A stretch of DNA of 64,000 nt, taken from positions 1,755 to 65,754 of the forward strand of contig CAIJYT010000281.1 in the NCBI GenBank assembly GCA_903824935.1, read 5' to 3'. Positions 52,201 through 60,537 of the stretch are shown here, one piece after another. Source of the stretch: an uncultured Bacteroidales bacterium (GTDB lineage: Bacteria > Bacteroidota > Bacteroidia > Bacteroidales > FEN-979). The notes below the pieces were generated by a model. The model made no database searches and was not told the origin of the DNA. It saw only the letters and a program-made list of their open reading frames with translations. The translations under genes were made by a program, and so were the position numbers. Within the stretch, counting starts at the first letter, position 1. Each line of letters begins with the position of its first letter.

Positions 52201-53598
52201 AGGGTTGCCACCATCACGGTCACTGCATCAGGCGCTACAACCGTAACGGTTACAGTCACACAGGCCGGAGCGACCCCGACACTGTCGGTAACCCCATCCA
52301 ACCAGAATGTACCGGCTACTCCGGCAGGAACAACAAACTTCACTGTGACTTCCAATGCCGACTGGACTGCAGCATCTAACCAGACCTGGTGTACGGTAAC
52401 TGCATCAGGTACCGGAAACGGGACCATTGTAGCCTCCTACGCCGTCAATCCAACTACCGTATCAAGGATAGCTAATATCACTGTAACTGTTGCAACACTT
52501 ACCCCTGTGGTAGTAACGGTGACCCAGGCAGCCGGGGCGCCCACCCTGACTGTTGTGCCACCTAACCAGAATGTACCGAATACACCTGCAGGCAGCACGA
52601 CCTTTACAGTAACATCCAATACTTCGTGGACAACCAGCAGCAATGCAGGCTGGTGCACTGTTACACCAGGTTCATCTTCAGGCGACGGCGTCATCACTGC
52701 AAACTACACGGAGAATACCGATACAATTTCCCGTACTGCTACCATTACTGTTACAGCAAGCGGTCTTTCGCCCGTGACTGTCACGGTAACCCAGGCTGCA
52801 GCACCTCACACACTCTCGGTTGTACCTTCGAACCAGAATGTGCCGGCATCTCCTGCAGGATCGACCCAGTTCAACGTAACTTCAAACTCCAACTGGACCG
52901 TTGTATCGGATCAGACCTGGTGCACTGTGAATTCTTCAGGATCCGCCAATGGCCTGATTACTGCCAATTATTCGGTGAATACCTCAAGCAGCAGCAGGAT
53001 TGCCAATATCACTGTGACGGTAAACGGGATATCGCCCGTTGTGGTCACTGTGACCCAAAACGGAACAAGTCCGACCTTATCGGTAACCCCTCCGAACCAG
53101 AATGTAGGTTATCTGCCCGGAACAACAAATTTCACTGTGCTTTCGAATTCTTCCTGGACCGCATCCAGTGATTCGGCCTGGCTTACCGTAACATCTGCAG
53201 GAACAGGAAATGGTACGATAAACGCAAACTTCATTCAGAATCCGTATTACATCACCAGGGTCGCTACAGTTACAGTGACGGTTGCAGGGCTGACTCCCCA
53301 GACCGTGACGGTTACCCAGGCGCAGTCGACAGTTTCGGTGCGCGAGCATTCAAGTGATGTTATCAGGATCATCCCGAATCCTTCCAAAGGTTCATTCCGT
53401 ATTGATGTCGGTGAAATGAAATACACCACCTTTATTGTGACTATAATGGATATCAGCGGAAGAATAATTATGCTAAAGGACTGCAGGGATCATGCCGATT
53501 TATTATTCAATCTGTCTAATTCACCTGAGGGATCTTATTTCATCAGGATCAATGCCGACAACCAGGAAATAACAGAGAAACTCATCCTGGCACGGTAA
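49279..53598 (+). CDS. 1439-aa multidomain T9SS-secreted surface protein (propeller-like N-domain, 2 FN3-like, MAM/anchor-J-like, 5 BACON-like repeats, T9SS CTD)
   Basis: GTG start and signal peptide. WGDYS-containing N-terminal domain, LNGTINPNG...YHFR and GVCWGTSANP FN3-like modules, five ~88-aa repeats. C-terminal RIIPNPSKGSFRI...YFIRINADNQ sorting domain. Confidence 0.8.
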   Translation: MKRFTLICALILTAFVTGSVSGQEITTKLTRIQCPDGVETYVCKAMYFDISPPLSEMAKASNALVKKKKFRENENPMNPKYLTFGYHPFLLPEDPVWQKQNGTYMPQTNGPIVDFEGTGNIDNVMPPDTQGDVSTDRYIQVINSRLTIWNKTGGLVQAQMPLSTIWNGIPAPYNGRNDGDPVVLWDQAAGRWMISQFSLPSASQNAELVAISATSDPTGTWYRYVFMFGNQMPDYPKLGVWPDGYYLAFNQFANQSSYSGTGACALQRDKMLTGDPSAAMVYKTQGTSAANPWAMLPADWDGTSAPPSGASNFFIYFDDWSSTTTQYLKVWSFHVDWATTSNSTFAQTDQMTTAAFNSTLCTDATGRGRCVPEPGGSTTAYKLDDLADRLMFRNQYRNFGGYQTMVDCHTVNVSGGQAGCRWYEMRNTGSGWSIYQQGTYAPDANHRWVPSVSMNGNGDIALAYSISNNSNIYPSIRYTGRRSNDALGVMTVAEQTIIDGTGSQNYANDGRWGDYSCMSVDPSDDQTFWFTSEYVQTTGGWTWQTRIASFKFSNQPIVVTTAATGITGIGATLNGTINPNGLSSTYHFEWGTTTAYGNNTSTNSAGSGSSAVAESAPISGLIGGTTYHFRIDGTNSDGTSNGNDMTFTPGAATLTTTAATNITMTTATSGGNVLGDGGSTVTARGVCWGTSANPTISGSHSTDGAGTGTFVSSLTGLTANTTYHIRAYATNSFGTWYGNDLQFTTLCSYYSLPFTESFSATTIPSCWSQVDHQSNGEVWLFGVITGYTGLPALTGNYAYLCSRCYGTGQTQNADLVTPVLDCSANNNVTLAFNHYFRQGGGGSATLSYSIDGGTTWTTIQSWTTSTANPAAFSQVIAGVANQSQVKFRWNYTGTYGYWWAVDDISVTGTTTNTLAVTPPNQNVPATPAGSTNFTVTSNTSWNASSNQGWCTVTPSGTGNGTITANYTINTSASQRVATITVTASGATTVTVTVTQAGATPTLSVTPSNQNVPATPAGTTNFTVTSNADWTAASNQTWCTVTASGTGNGTIVASYAVNPTTVSRIANITVTVATLTPVVVTVTQAAGAPTLTVVPPNQNVPNTPAGSTTFTVTSNTSWTTSSNAGWCTVTPGSSSGDGVITANYTENTDTISRTATITVTASGLSPVTVTVTQAAAPHTLSVVPSNQNVPASPAGSTQFNVTSNSNWTVVSDQTWCTVNSSGSANGLITANYSVNTSSSSRIANITVTVNGISPVVVTVTQNGTSPTLSVTPPNQNVGYLPGTTNFTVLSNSSWTASSDSAWLTVTSAGTGNGTINANFIQNPYYITRVATVTVTVAGLTPQTVTVTQAQSTVSVREHSSDVIRIIPNPSKGSFRIDVGEMKYTTFIVTIMDISGRIIMLKDCRDHADLLFNLSNSPEGSYFIRINADNQEITEKLILAR
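52015..53325 (+). repeat. five in-frame tandem coding repeats (264-267 bp period), BACON-like domains
   Basis: Repeat starts at 52015, 52279, 52543, 52810 and 53074. Each has TL.V.P.NQNV...T.F.VTSN..W...S...WCTV...G.G.G.I.ANY...N....R.A.ITVT....P..VTVTQ. Confidence 0.85.
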
Positions 53599-53623
53599 TA
53601 AATTTTTGGAAATTCATAAGGAT

Positions 53624-53668
53624 CGGAGTAGCTTTGTTAGTCGGATAACAAAGTTGCTCCGGTTTTTT
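53624..53668 (+). terminator. rho-independent terminator after the 1439-aa gene
   Basis: CGGAGTAGCTTTGTTA / TAACAAAGTTGCTCCG stem (two G-U-type mismatches) followed by GTTTTTTATT. Confidence 0.7.
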
Positions 53669-53735
53669 ATTAGCTGAATCCCGGCAGAATTGCAAGAAAA
53701 CATTGGTACAAACCCGCAAAACATAAAGATTGATT

Positions 53736-54188
53736 ATGAGCCTTGAAGAAAAGATCAACAATGACATCAAGACGGCCATGCTCGCGAGGGAACAGGAGAA
53801 GCTGGAGGCCTTGCGTGCCGTGAAGGCAGCCATTCTGCTTGAGAAGGTAAAGGAAAGCGGAACGGGGGCCCTGGATGAAGCGGCCGAGCTGAAAATATTG
53901 CAGAAGCTTGTAAAGCAAAGAAAGGAATCGGCAGAAGTTTACACTGCCGGAAAACGTGAAGACCTGGCCAAAAAGGAAATTTTCGAAGCAGCTATTATAG
54001 AAACCTATCTTCCCGGCCAGCTGGGGCAGGAAGAGGTTGAAGAAAAAATCAGGCAGATCATTGCCCAGGCCGGAGCCGCTTCGATGAAGGACATGGGGAA
54101 GGTTATGGGAATGGCCGGCAAAGAGTTTGCAGGAAGGGCAGATAATAAGATGATCTCTGAAATAGTGAAGCGCCTGCTTGGCGGATGA
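53736..54188 (+). CDS. GatB/YqeY-domain protein
   Basis: MSLEEKINNDIKTAMLAREQEKLEALRAVKAAILL is the typical YqeY N-terminus. ATG at 53736. Confidence 0.8.
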   Translation: MSLEEKINNDIKTAMLAREQEKLEALRAVKAAILLEKVKESGTGALDEAAELKILQKLVKQRKESAEVYTAGKREDLAKKEIFEAAIIETYLPGQLGQEEVEEKIRQIIAQAGAASMKDMGKVMGMAGKEFAGRADNKMISEIVKRLLGG

Positions 54189-55153
54189 GTATGGAATTTC
54201 TCACTCCCGCAAACTGGAAGGACTACGAGCTCATAGATACTGGAGGGCTTGAAAAACTTGAACGGTTTGGACCGTTCATCCTTTCGCGCCCTGAACCGCA
54301 GGCGGTATGGAAAAAATCCCTTCCCGAAAGCGAATGGGAAAAACTTTCGCATGCAAGGTACAGAAGGCAGAAGGGGAGTGAGCAGTCCAGATCGGAAAGC
54401 TCTGAAAAAGGGGAATGGATCAAGCTCAAAAAGATCCCCGACCAGTGGAGCATAAGTTTTAATTACAAAAACATGGATCTGCGGTTCCGGCTGGGGCTTA
54501 CCTCATTCGGGCACATAGGCATCTTCCCCGAGCAGGCTGTGAACTGGGAATTCATTTATGATTTTATCAGCGACAGGCATCCCGGGCCGGGGGAATTCAG
54601 AGTGCTGAATCTTTTCGCTTATACCGGGGGCGCATCCCTTGCCGCCAGGGCGGCGGGAGCGGATGTGGTGCATGTGGATTCATCAAAACCTACCCTGACA
54701 TGGGCCAGGGAGATCATGGAACTCTCGAGGCTTGACGGGATCCGCTGGGTTGCCGAAGATGCCCTCAAGTTCATCAGGCGGGAAGCCCGGAGAGGAAACA
54801 AGTATCACGGGATCATTCTTGATCCTCCCGCATATGGCCGTGGACCGGAAGGGGAGAAATGGATGCTTCAGGACAGCATAGATGAAATGATATCGCATTG
54901 CCGGGAACTCCTGCTTCCTGCCGAAAGTTTTTTGATATTCAGTCTTTATTCAATGGGATTTTCTGCCCTCATCGAGGAAAATCTTGTCTCTTCATACTTC
55001 AAAGGGGAAGGACATACCGGTACGGCTGAATTATATTTCCCCGACAGAAACGGGAGAAAACTTCCACTTGGTACAATGCTCAGGCTTAACAGCGGAGGCA
55101 AAATGGAAGGTCCGGATCAATTGCTGGATCCTTTATCCGGGGTTAACACTTAA
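54185..55153 (+). CDS. class I SAM-dependent (RlmI/RlmK-like) RNA methyltransferase
   Basis: VLNLFAYTGGASLAAR (motif I) and IILDPPAYG (motif IV). 4-nt overlap with yqeY. Confidence 0.7.
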   Translation: MSMEFLTPANWKDYELIDTGGLEKLERFGPFILSRPEPQAVWKKSLPESEWEKLSHARYRRQKGSEQSRSESSEKGEWIKLKKIPDQWSISFNYKNMDLRFRLGLTSFGHIGIFPEQAVNWEFIYDFISDRHPGPGEFRVLNLFAYTGGASLAARAAGADVVHVDSSKPTLTWAREIMELSRLDGIRWVAEDALKFIRREARRGNKYHGIILDPPAYGRGPEGEKWMLQDSIDEMISHCRELLLPAESFLIFSLYSMGFSALIEENLVSSYFKGEGHTGTAELYFPDRNGRKLPLGTMLRLNSGGKMEGPDQLLDPLSGVNT

Positions 55154-57738
55154 GGCATTAGCAGTGGATTGAACAAAAGCTTGTAGGTAGCCTGGGTTGA
55201 AGCCCTGAATTGAGGACCGAAACCGTAAAGCACCAAAGTTCCTTTCCCCTTTTTCAGCCATACCATAACCGATTTCTCAGACAGCTTTTCAGGCTTTTCA
55301 CAATACCCGCTCAAGAGGATATTATCTTCGGGGAATTTCCCGATCACCCTGCGGTCCATGTCAAAGTTGGGGATGGAAGTCGCGAATACCGGTTCACCCC
55401 TGAAGAAGATGCCTGTCGATAAAGGCATTCCGGCGGTCAGAGGGTTATCCACGACAAGGTCCATTGCAACCAGGGAGCCGGGGCAAAAAAGACCTTCTTT
55501 TGCAAGCCGTTTTGAGATATTGCTCACAGGCAAACGGAATTCCCTCGTAGTATCACCGGCTTTAACACTAAGCGTGCCTGTGAACAGTTCGGTAGAACCT
55601 CCCCAGGATAGTATTTTTCCACCCTGGTTCATGAAATCCATGAGTTTTGTCATGCCTTTTTTCCCTATGCCTTTAGTGAATTCGGGTGGATAAGAAGTCG
55701 GATAAGCCTGCCCGTCAGATTCGTATTTCCCTTCCATCAGAATGGATTTCTCATTATCGGGGAATATAACCAGGTCGTAGTCTTTGATGAAATCAGTTTT
55801 TTCAAAGTCCCCGGGGTGGATGACCGTATAAGGTACATGATAAGTGTCGAAGATATACCTTGTCCAGCCAGCATCCATATCGTGCATGAAGGTTTCCACA
55901 AGGGCAATCCTGCCCACTTTCACAGGGTTTGAAGGCAGGGCTGAACCCTGAAGCAGGAATTCCGGGGAAACATCCATAAGAGCAATAAGGCTGTCGAGTT
56001 TCGGGTTTTTGCCCTTGTCGCGCGTGATCACAAAGTCACCTTTGGCATTACGGTTCACTTCCAGGCCCTTGGCACTGGCCATGAAAACGGCTTTGAAGCT
56101 TTCATTGTTGTTCACCGGAAAGCATGCAGCAGCGTAATTTTCGGGAGCAGGTTTGTTCAACCGGAATGATCCCTCAAGAAGTTTGATGCGGGATGCAAGA
56201 TCCGGGATGAGGGAATCGACTTCAAAACAGCTTACTCCCCGGTGAAGGGGAAGGGACCAGCTTGCAATATCATAGGGCTTCATCACCTCCCCGTCGGGGG
56301 TATAATGACGAACAGGGTACTCCTGTTTTTCCATGACTTCTTTGATGAAAGCACGGAAAGGCTGGGCCAGCGGGATAACGATGCTTTTTTTGGCAACCAT
56401 CTGGTTGCTTACCAGGAGATCCGACTGCAGCTGGTATACTGCAATTCCATGGTCCATCAGCAGGTTCACCAGGGCCACCCATTCGCTGCGGTCGTGTTGT
56501 GCAGCCGGCATGATATAATAATAAGGGGCCTGGGTTTTTCCTTTGTTTACTTCATTCCTGCACATGTAATTCCTGAACTGAAGAATAGCAGCCCTGTTTG
56601 CAGCAGCAGTTTTAATCAGGGAATAAGTTGAAGAAGTTTCAAGGTTAACGATATCGGAAAGCCGCCACCAGCCTCCTTTCCAGGGTTCCGGGAAATTGAT
56701 GCTTTTCTTGTATTCCGAAAGCCCTTTGCCCTCAGCCACAAGTTCATTCTCCTCGCAATAAATCGGAGTGGCACCATGAACGCTGGCTGCTTCGGTAAGC
56801 AGGCCAATGACATTTTTCCAGAAACAGGTCTCGGTTGACCCCGGCCAGTAGTCATCAAAGAGATAATTCTGGCTGATCCCCTTAAGGCCATCCGCAGTCA
56901 TATCATTCATAAGATTTGAGCCGAACACGCCCATCCAGTTCCAGATCCCTGCATCAACATTCTCGGCAATAGGATCATGGGGAGGAGGGATAAAGTACCT
57001 TACGCCGTTCGAGCCCATCTGGTGTTTTTCGACCATGACCTGGGGGAACCAGTCCTTGCTGAAGAGGCCGTCTATAGCCCTGGTGTCTTCCTGGGTAAGC
57101 GAGATAAAATCACGGTTGTTGTCGTGGCCCGCATATTTATGATAAACCCTTGGAAGGGTTGCCCCTTCGAACTCCGTGCCCAGGTATTTGTAGTAATTCT
57201 CAACCACCATGTCCATGCCGTCGGGGTTATGGCATGGAACTGCCATGTAAACAACCTTGTCGAGGCACTTCAGTTTTACACTGTCGGTGGTGGTTGCAAG
57301 TTCATATGCAATGAGAGGTAATGACTGCGAAGGTGCAACCTCGTTGGAATGCATCGATAACGTGGCCAGAACGAAAACCCTGCCATCAGCGCACATTTCC
57401 CTGAGGGTTTCGCCTGAAAGGCCGGGATCAAGGGCAAGGCTGCGGTTGATCTGCTTCAGCCTGTCAAGATTTTTAATATTGTCTGCGGATGAGATGCACA
57501 CAGCATACATAGGTTTTCCCATAGGCGAATTTCCTATCTGCGCGAGTTTGACCCTGGGAGAGGACTGCTCAAGGAGTTTCAGGTAATCAACCAGTTTTTC
57601 ATAATTGAAAAGCTTGCGGTCTGCGCCGGGTTTAAAACCGAAAAAAGCTTCAGGGGTTTTGATATCCTGTGCGGGTGCTGTGTTTGCAACAATCGCGATC
57701 AATGCAAAAGCAAGGAGGACTTTAAAAAAAATACGCAT
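55150..57738 (-). CDS. M14-family zinc carboxypeptidase-like protein, large secreted form
   Basis: Start at MRIFFKVLLAFALIAIVANTAPAQ (signal peptide). HSNE zinc motif (SMHSNEVA) and CHNPDG block. Confidence 0.75.
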   Translation of the reverse strand: MRIFFKVLLAFALIAIVANTAPAQDIKTPEAFFGFKPGADRKLFNYEKLVDYLKLLEQSSPRVKLAQIGNSPMGKPMYAVCISSADNIKNLDRLKQINRSLALDPGLSGETLREMCADGRVFVLATLSMHSNEVAPSQSLPLIAYELATTTDSVKLKCLDKVVYMAVPCHNPDGMDMVVENYYKYLGTEFEGATLPRVYHKYAGHDNNRDFISLTQEDTRAIDGLFSKDWFPQVMVEKHQMGSNGVRYFIPPPHDPIAENVDAGIWNWMGVFGSNLMNDMTADGLKGISQNYLFDDYWPGSTETCFWKNVIGLLTEAASVHGATPIYCEENELVAEGKGLSEYKKSINFPEPWKGGWWRLSDIVNLETSSTYSLIKTAAANRAAILQFRNYMCRNEVNKGKTQAPYYYIMPAAQHDRSEWVALVNLLMDHGIAVYQLQSDLLVSNQMVAKKSIVIPLAQPFRAFIKEVMEKQEYPVRHYTPDGEVMKPYDIASWSLPLHRGVSCFEVDSLIPDLASRIKLLEGSFRLNKPAPENYAAACFPVNNNESFKAVFMASAKGLEVNRNAKGDFVITRDKGKNPKLDSLIALMDVSPEFLLQGSALPSNPVKVGRIALVETFMHDMDAGWTRYIFDTYHVPYTVIHPGDFEKTDFIKDYDLVIFPDNEKSILMEGKYESDGQAYPTSYPPEFTKGIGKKGMTKLMDFMNQGGKILSWGGSTELFTGTLSVKAGDTTREFRLPVSNISKRLAKEGLFCPGSLVAMDLVVDNPLTAGMPLSTGIFFRGEPVFATSIPNFDMDRRVIGKFPEDNILLSGYCEKPEKLSEKSVMVWLKKGKGTLVLYGFGPQFRASTQATYKLLFNPLLMP

Positions 57739-57763
57739 AAAAGGAGAATTAGGACAGGCAATA

Positions 57764-58900
57764 TTAATCATTCTCGAGGAAAAGATCAGAACTGATGCTG
57801 TCGGCAAAGAGTTTCCCCTTATCACTCAGGATAAAAACCCCCTCATTTTCAAGCAGGTCGGAATTGAGTATATATTTCTGTGCCTGATCTTTGAAAAACG
57901 CTGCATTGCTTTCACCAAAGGAGTTCCTGATATGTTCAAGGCTGGTTCCCCATTTGGTTCTCAATGAAGTCATCACATATTCATTGTATTTCTGCTGAAG
58001 GCTCAGGATCTCGGTTTCGAACTGCGGCTGGCCAGAATGAATAAGCCCGGCATACTTGTTTATACCGGCAGGGTTCCATTGCCGTGATATTCCGTTGAAT
58101 GAATGGGCCGACGGGCCGAGGCCCAGGTAATGCTCGCCATTCCAGTATGATGAATTATGTCGGGAATACAGGCCGGGATGGGAGAAATTCGAGATCTCGT
58201 AGTGCTCGTAATTAACCGACCCCAGGTACTGCATCAGCAGGCTGAACTGGAAAACTGTTTTCTCTTCGTCAGGCCCGGTGATGCTGTTTTTCCTGATCAT
58301 CACCTCCATCGCGGTTTTTGGCTCCACGGTAAGGGCATAGGCTGAGATATGCGGGATGCCAAACGATACAGCCTTTTCAAGGTTCGAGATAAACGCTTTA
58401 TCGGTTAAGGTCGGCATACCGTAAATGAAATCCACAGACATGTTTTGAAACCCTTTTTCAAGTGCGAGCCTCACTGATCTTTCGGCCTGCTCCCCGCTGT
58501 GTACCCGCCCCAGGTATTTAAGGTCTGCTTCTTCGAAAGACTGTATCCCTATGCTCAGCCTGTTGATACCTGCTTTTTTCCATTCATCCAGGTTTTCGGC
58601 TGTAATATCATCGGGGTTGGCTTCAAGGCTTACTTCGGTGCCTGCTTCCACCTTGAAAACAGACAACAATTTGTCGAGGATATTGCTGATCTGAACAGGG
58701 TTCAGGATTGAAGGCGATCCTCCGCCAAAATATATTGTGCTGATGGCCTGGTTGCCAAGGTAATCTTTCCTTATCCCAATCTCATGATACAGGGCGCTGA
58801 GAAAAACCTCTTCAGTTTTCAGGGAGGCAACAGAAAAGAAATTGCAATAGGGACATTTGCTTTTACAGAAAGGGATATGCAGGTAAATCCCGGCCATCAT
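57764..58900 (-). CDS. hemW: radical SAM HemN-like protein (HemW-type haem chaperone / oxygen-independent coproporphyrinogen oxidase family)
   Basis: N-terminal IYLHIPFCKSKCPYCNF (CxxxCxxC) and GGGSPS. 378 aa. Confidence 0.85.
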   Translation of the reverse strand: MMAGIYLHIPFCKSKCPYCNFFSVASLKTEEVFLSALYHEIGIRKDYLGNQAISTIYFGGGSPSILNPVQISNILDKLLSVFKVEAGTEVSLEANPDDITAENLDEWKKAGINRLSIGIQSFEEADLKYLGRVHSGEQAERSVRLALEKGFQNMSVDFIYGMPTLTDKAFISNLEKAVSFGIPHISAYALTVEPKTAMEVMIRKNSITGPDEEKTVFQFSLLMQYLGSVNYEHYEISNFSHPGLYSRHNSSYWNGEHYLGLGPSAHSFNGISRQWNPAGINKYAGLIHSGQPQFETEILSLQQKYNEYVMTSLRTKWGTSLEHIRNSFGESNAAFFKDQAQKYILNSDLLENEGVFILSDKGKLFADSISSDLFLEND

Positions 58901-58901
58901 G

Positions 58902-60470
58902 CTATTTTTTCATGATGATACGGAAAGTAGTTCCTTTGCCGATAGTGGAGGATTTTACGAAGATCTTCCCGCTGTGGTAGTTCTCGACAATTCTTTTTGA
59001 AAGAGTCAGTCCCAGGCCCCAGCCCCTTGATTTGCTGGTAAAGCCCGGGTGGAATATCGTTTTAAACCTTGATTTGGGGATGCCCTTGCCGGTATCACTG
59101 ATGTCGATATGGATATGGTCGACGTCGTCAGTTATTTCAATGGCGATCAGCCCGCTGCCATCCATGGCATCGACCGCATTCTTGCAGATGTTTTCGATGA
59201 CCCATTCAAAAAGATGGAGGTTTAGAGGGATTTCAATGACCTTGATGGGGGGAGGGCTTACCTCAAACTTAACTTTCTGTGAAGTACGTGTGCTGATATA
59301 GCCTACGGCATCGTGAACAACTTTCACGATATTCAACCTTTCAAGTTTGGCGGCAGAACCGATTTTTGAAAAACGATCGGTGATGGTCTCCAGCCTTTGA
59401 ACATCTTTTTCTATCTCGACCACGGTTTCATTATCAAGACCCTTGAGTTTGAGCAGTTCGATCCAGGCAATCATCGACGAAAGAGGTGTTCCCAGCTGGT
59501 GGGCGGTTTCCTTTGCCATCCCAACCCACACCTGGTTCTGCTCCGATTTCCTTGCGTAGCTGAAGAGCAGGTATGCAATGAACAGGAAAACAGCGATTAC
59601 AGCAAGCTGTACATAGGGATAATACTGAAGTTGCCTCAGCAGGAATGAATCTTCAAAATAGATAAGATGAACACCGGTATTTGCAAGGTTGACCTGGATG
59701 GGAGCGTTATGGGAAGCCATAGAATTGAGGGTATTCTCAACGAAGGCAGGATTCTCCATTTTCTTTTTCGGGATGTTGCCGTAGCTCGTCCAGTTCTTTC
59801 CGGTGCTGTCGGTAATGATCACTGGAACAGAGGCGGAATTCAGCACCACCTCCGAGAAAAAGGACTTGATCAGGTCGTCAATCACCTTCTTCAGTTCAGT
59901 AAAAATATTGGAATCGGTATAGTACAGGTAAAGCAATTTATCTCTGTAGTATTTAACAATGATGGGAGAATATTTTGTGTATTCTTTTTTAAGCTGCCCG
60001 TCGAGTTTTACACCTATCAGGGTATTGAGCGAATCCTTTCCCTGTTTAACATTCCTGGTGAAACTTATGATACCGTCATTGTCGGTGATGATCACGGGGA
60101 TGGTAGTGTTATTTGAAATGATCTCCAGGAAAAAGTTCAGGTCTTCATTGGAAACGGATGTTATGATCCTGCGCTGGGCCTCTGCGAGGGTAATAACCCT
60201 TCGCCTCTCTTCATCCTTGATCTGTTCAAACAGCTTGTTTGTTACATTAACGAGATCAGCCTTATGGTGGATGGCATCGGCCCAGATGGCGACGTTTTTA
60301 CGTTCATCCTTACGGATCTCGTTAACAAGGATATTCGTATAATACAAGGAGGTTGCCACGATGACGATAGCGATGGCAAAAAGAATTAGTTTCCAGCGTC
60401 TCTTCCTGAGGTAGATATCCACAATACGCTTTTTATAAACAAACGCCGGGATGGCGGTTTTATTTTTCAT
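58902..60470 (-). CDS. sensor histidine kinase
   Basis: Two TM segments flank a periplasmic domain. H-box ETAHQLGTPLSSM and HATPase boxes NAVDAM, DTGKGIP, GWGLGLTL. Confidence 0.85.
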   Translation of the reverse strand: MKNKTAIPAFVYKKRIVDIYLRKRRWKLILFAIAIVIVATSLYYTNILVNEIRKDERKNVAIWADAIHHKADLVNVTNKLFEQIKDEERRRVITLAEAQRRIITSVSNEDLNFFLEIISNNTTIPVIITDNDGIISFTRNVKQGKDSLNTLIGVKLDGQLKKEYTKYSPIIVKYYRDKLLYLYYTDSNIFTELKKVIDDLIKSFFSEVVLNSASVPVIITDSTGKNWTSYGNIPKKKMENPAFVENTLNSMASHNAPIQVNLANTGVHLIYFEDSFLLRQLQYYPYVQLAVIAVFLFIAYLLFSYARKSEQNQVWVGMAKETAHQLGTPLSSMIAWIELLKLKGLDNETVVEIEKDVQRLETITDRFSKIGSAAKLERLNIVKVVHDAVGYISTRTSQKVKFEVSPPPIKVIEIPLNLHLFEWVIENICKNAVDAMDGSGLIAIEITDDVDHIHIDISDTGKGIPKSRFKTIFHPGFTSKSRGWGLGLTLSKRIVENYHSGKIFVKSSTIGKGTTFRIIMKK

Positions 60471-60537
60471 CCCGGGTATAATGAATTGGAATACAAATAT
60501 ATTTACTTTTGTTACAGGAACTTAAAATCAGGAAATT

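Noticed and set aside
51063-53429. Periodic ~264-bp repeats and multiple long ORFs on both strands. I considered a CRISPR-like or non-coding tandem array, or overlapping genes.
   Set aside because: The period is far too long for CRISPR and there are no short direct repeats with unique spacers. The repeats are in frame within one 1439-aa ORF and translate to a coherent BACON-like domain. The other-strand ORFs are by-products of T/V/A/G-rich codon composition.
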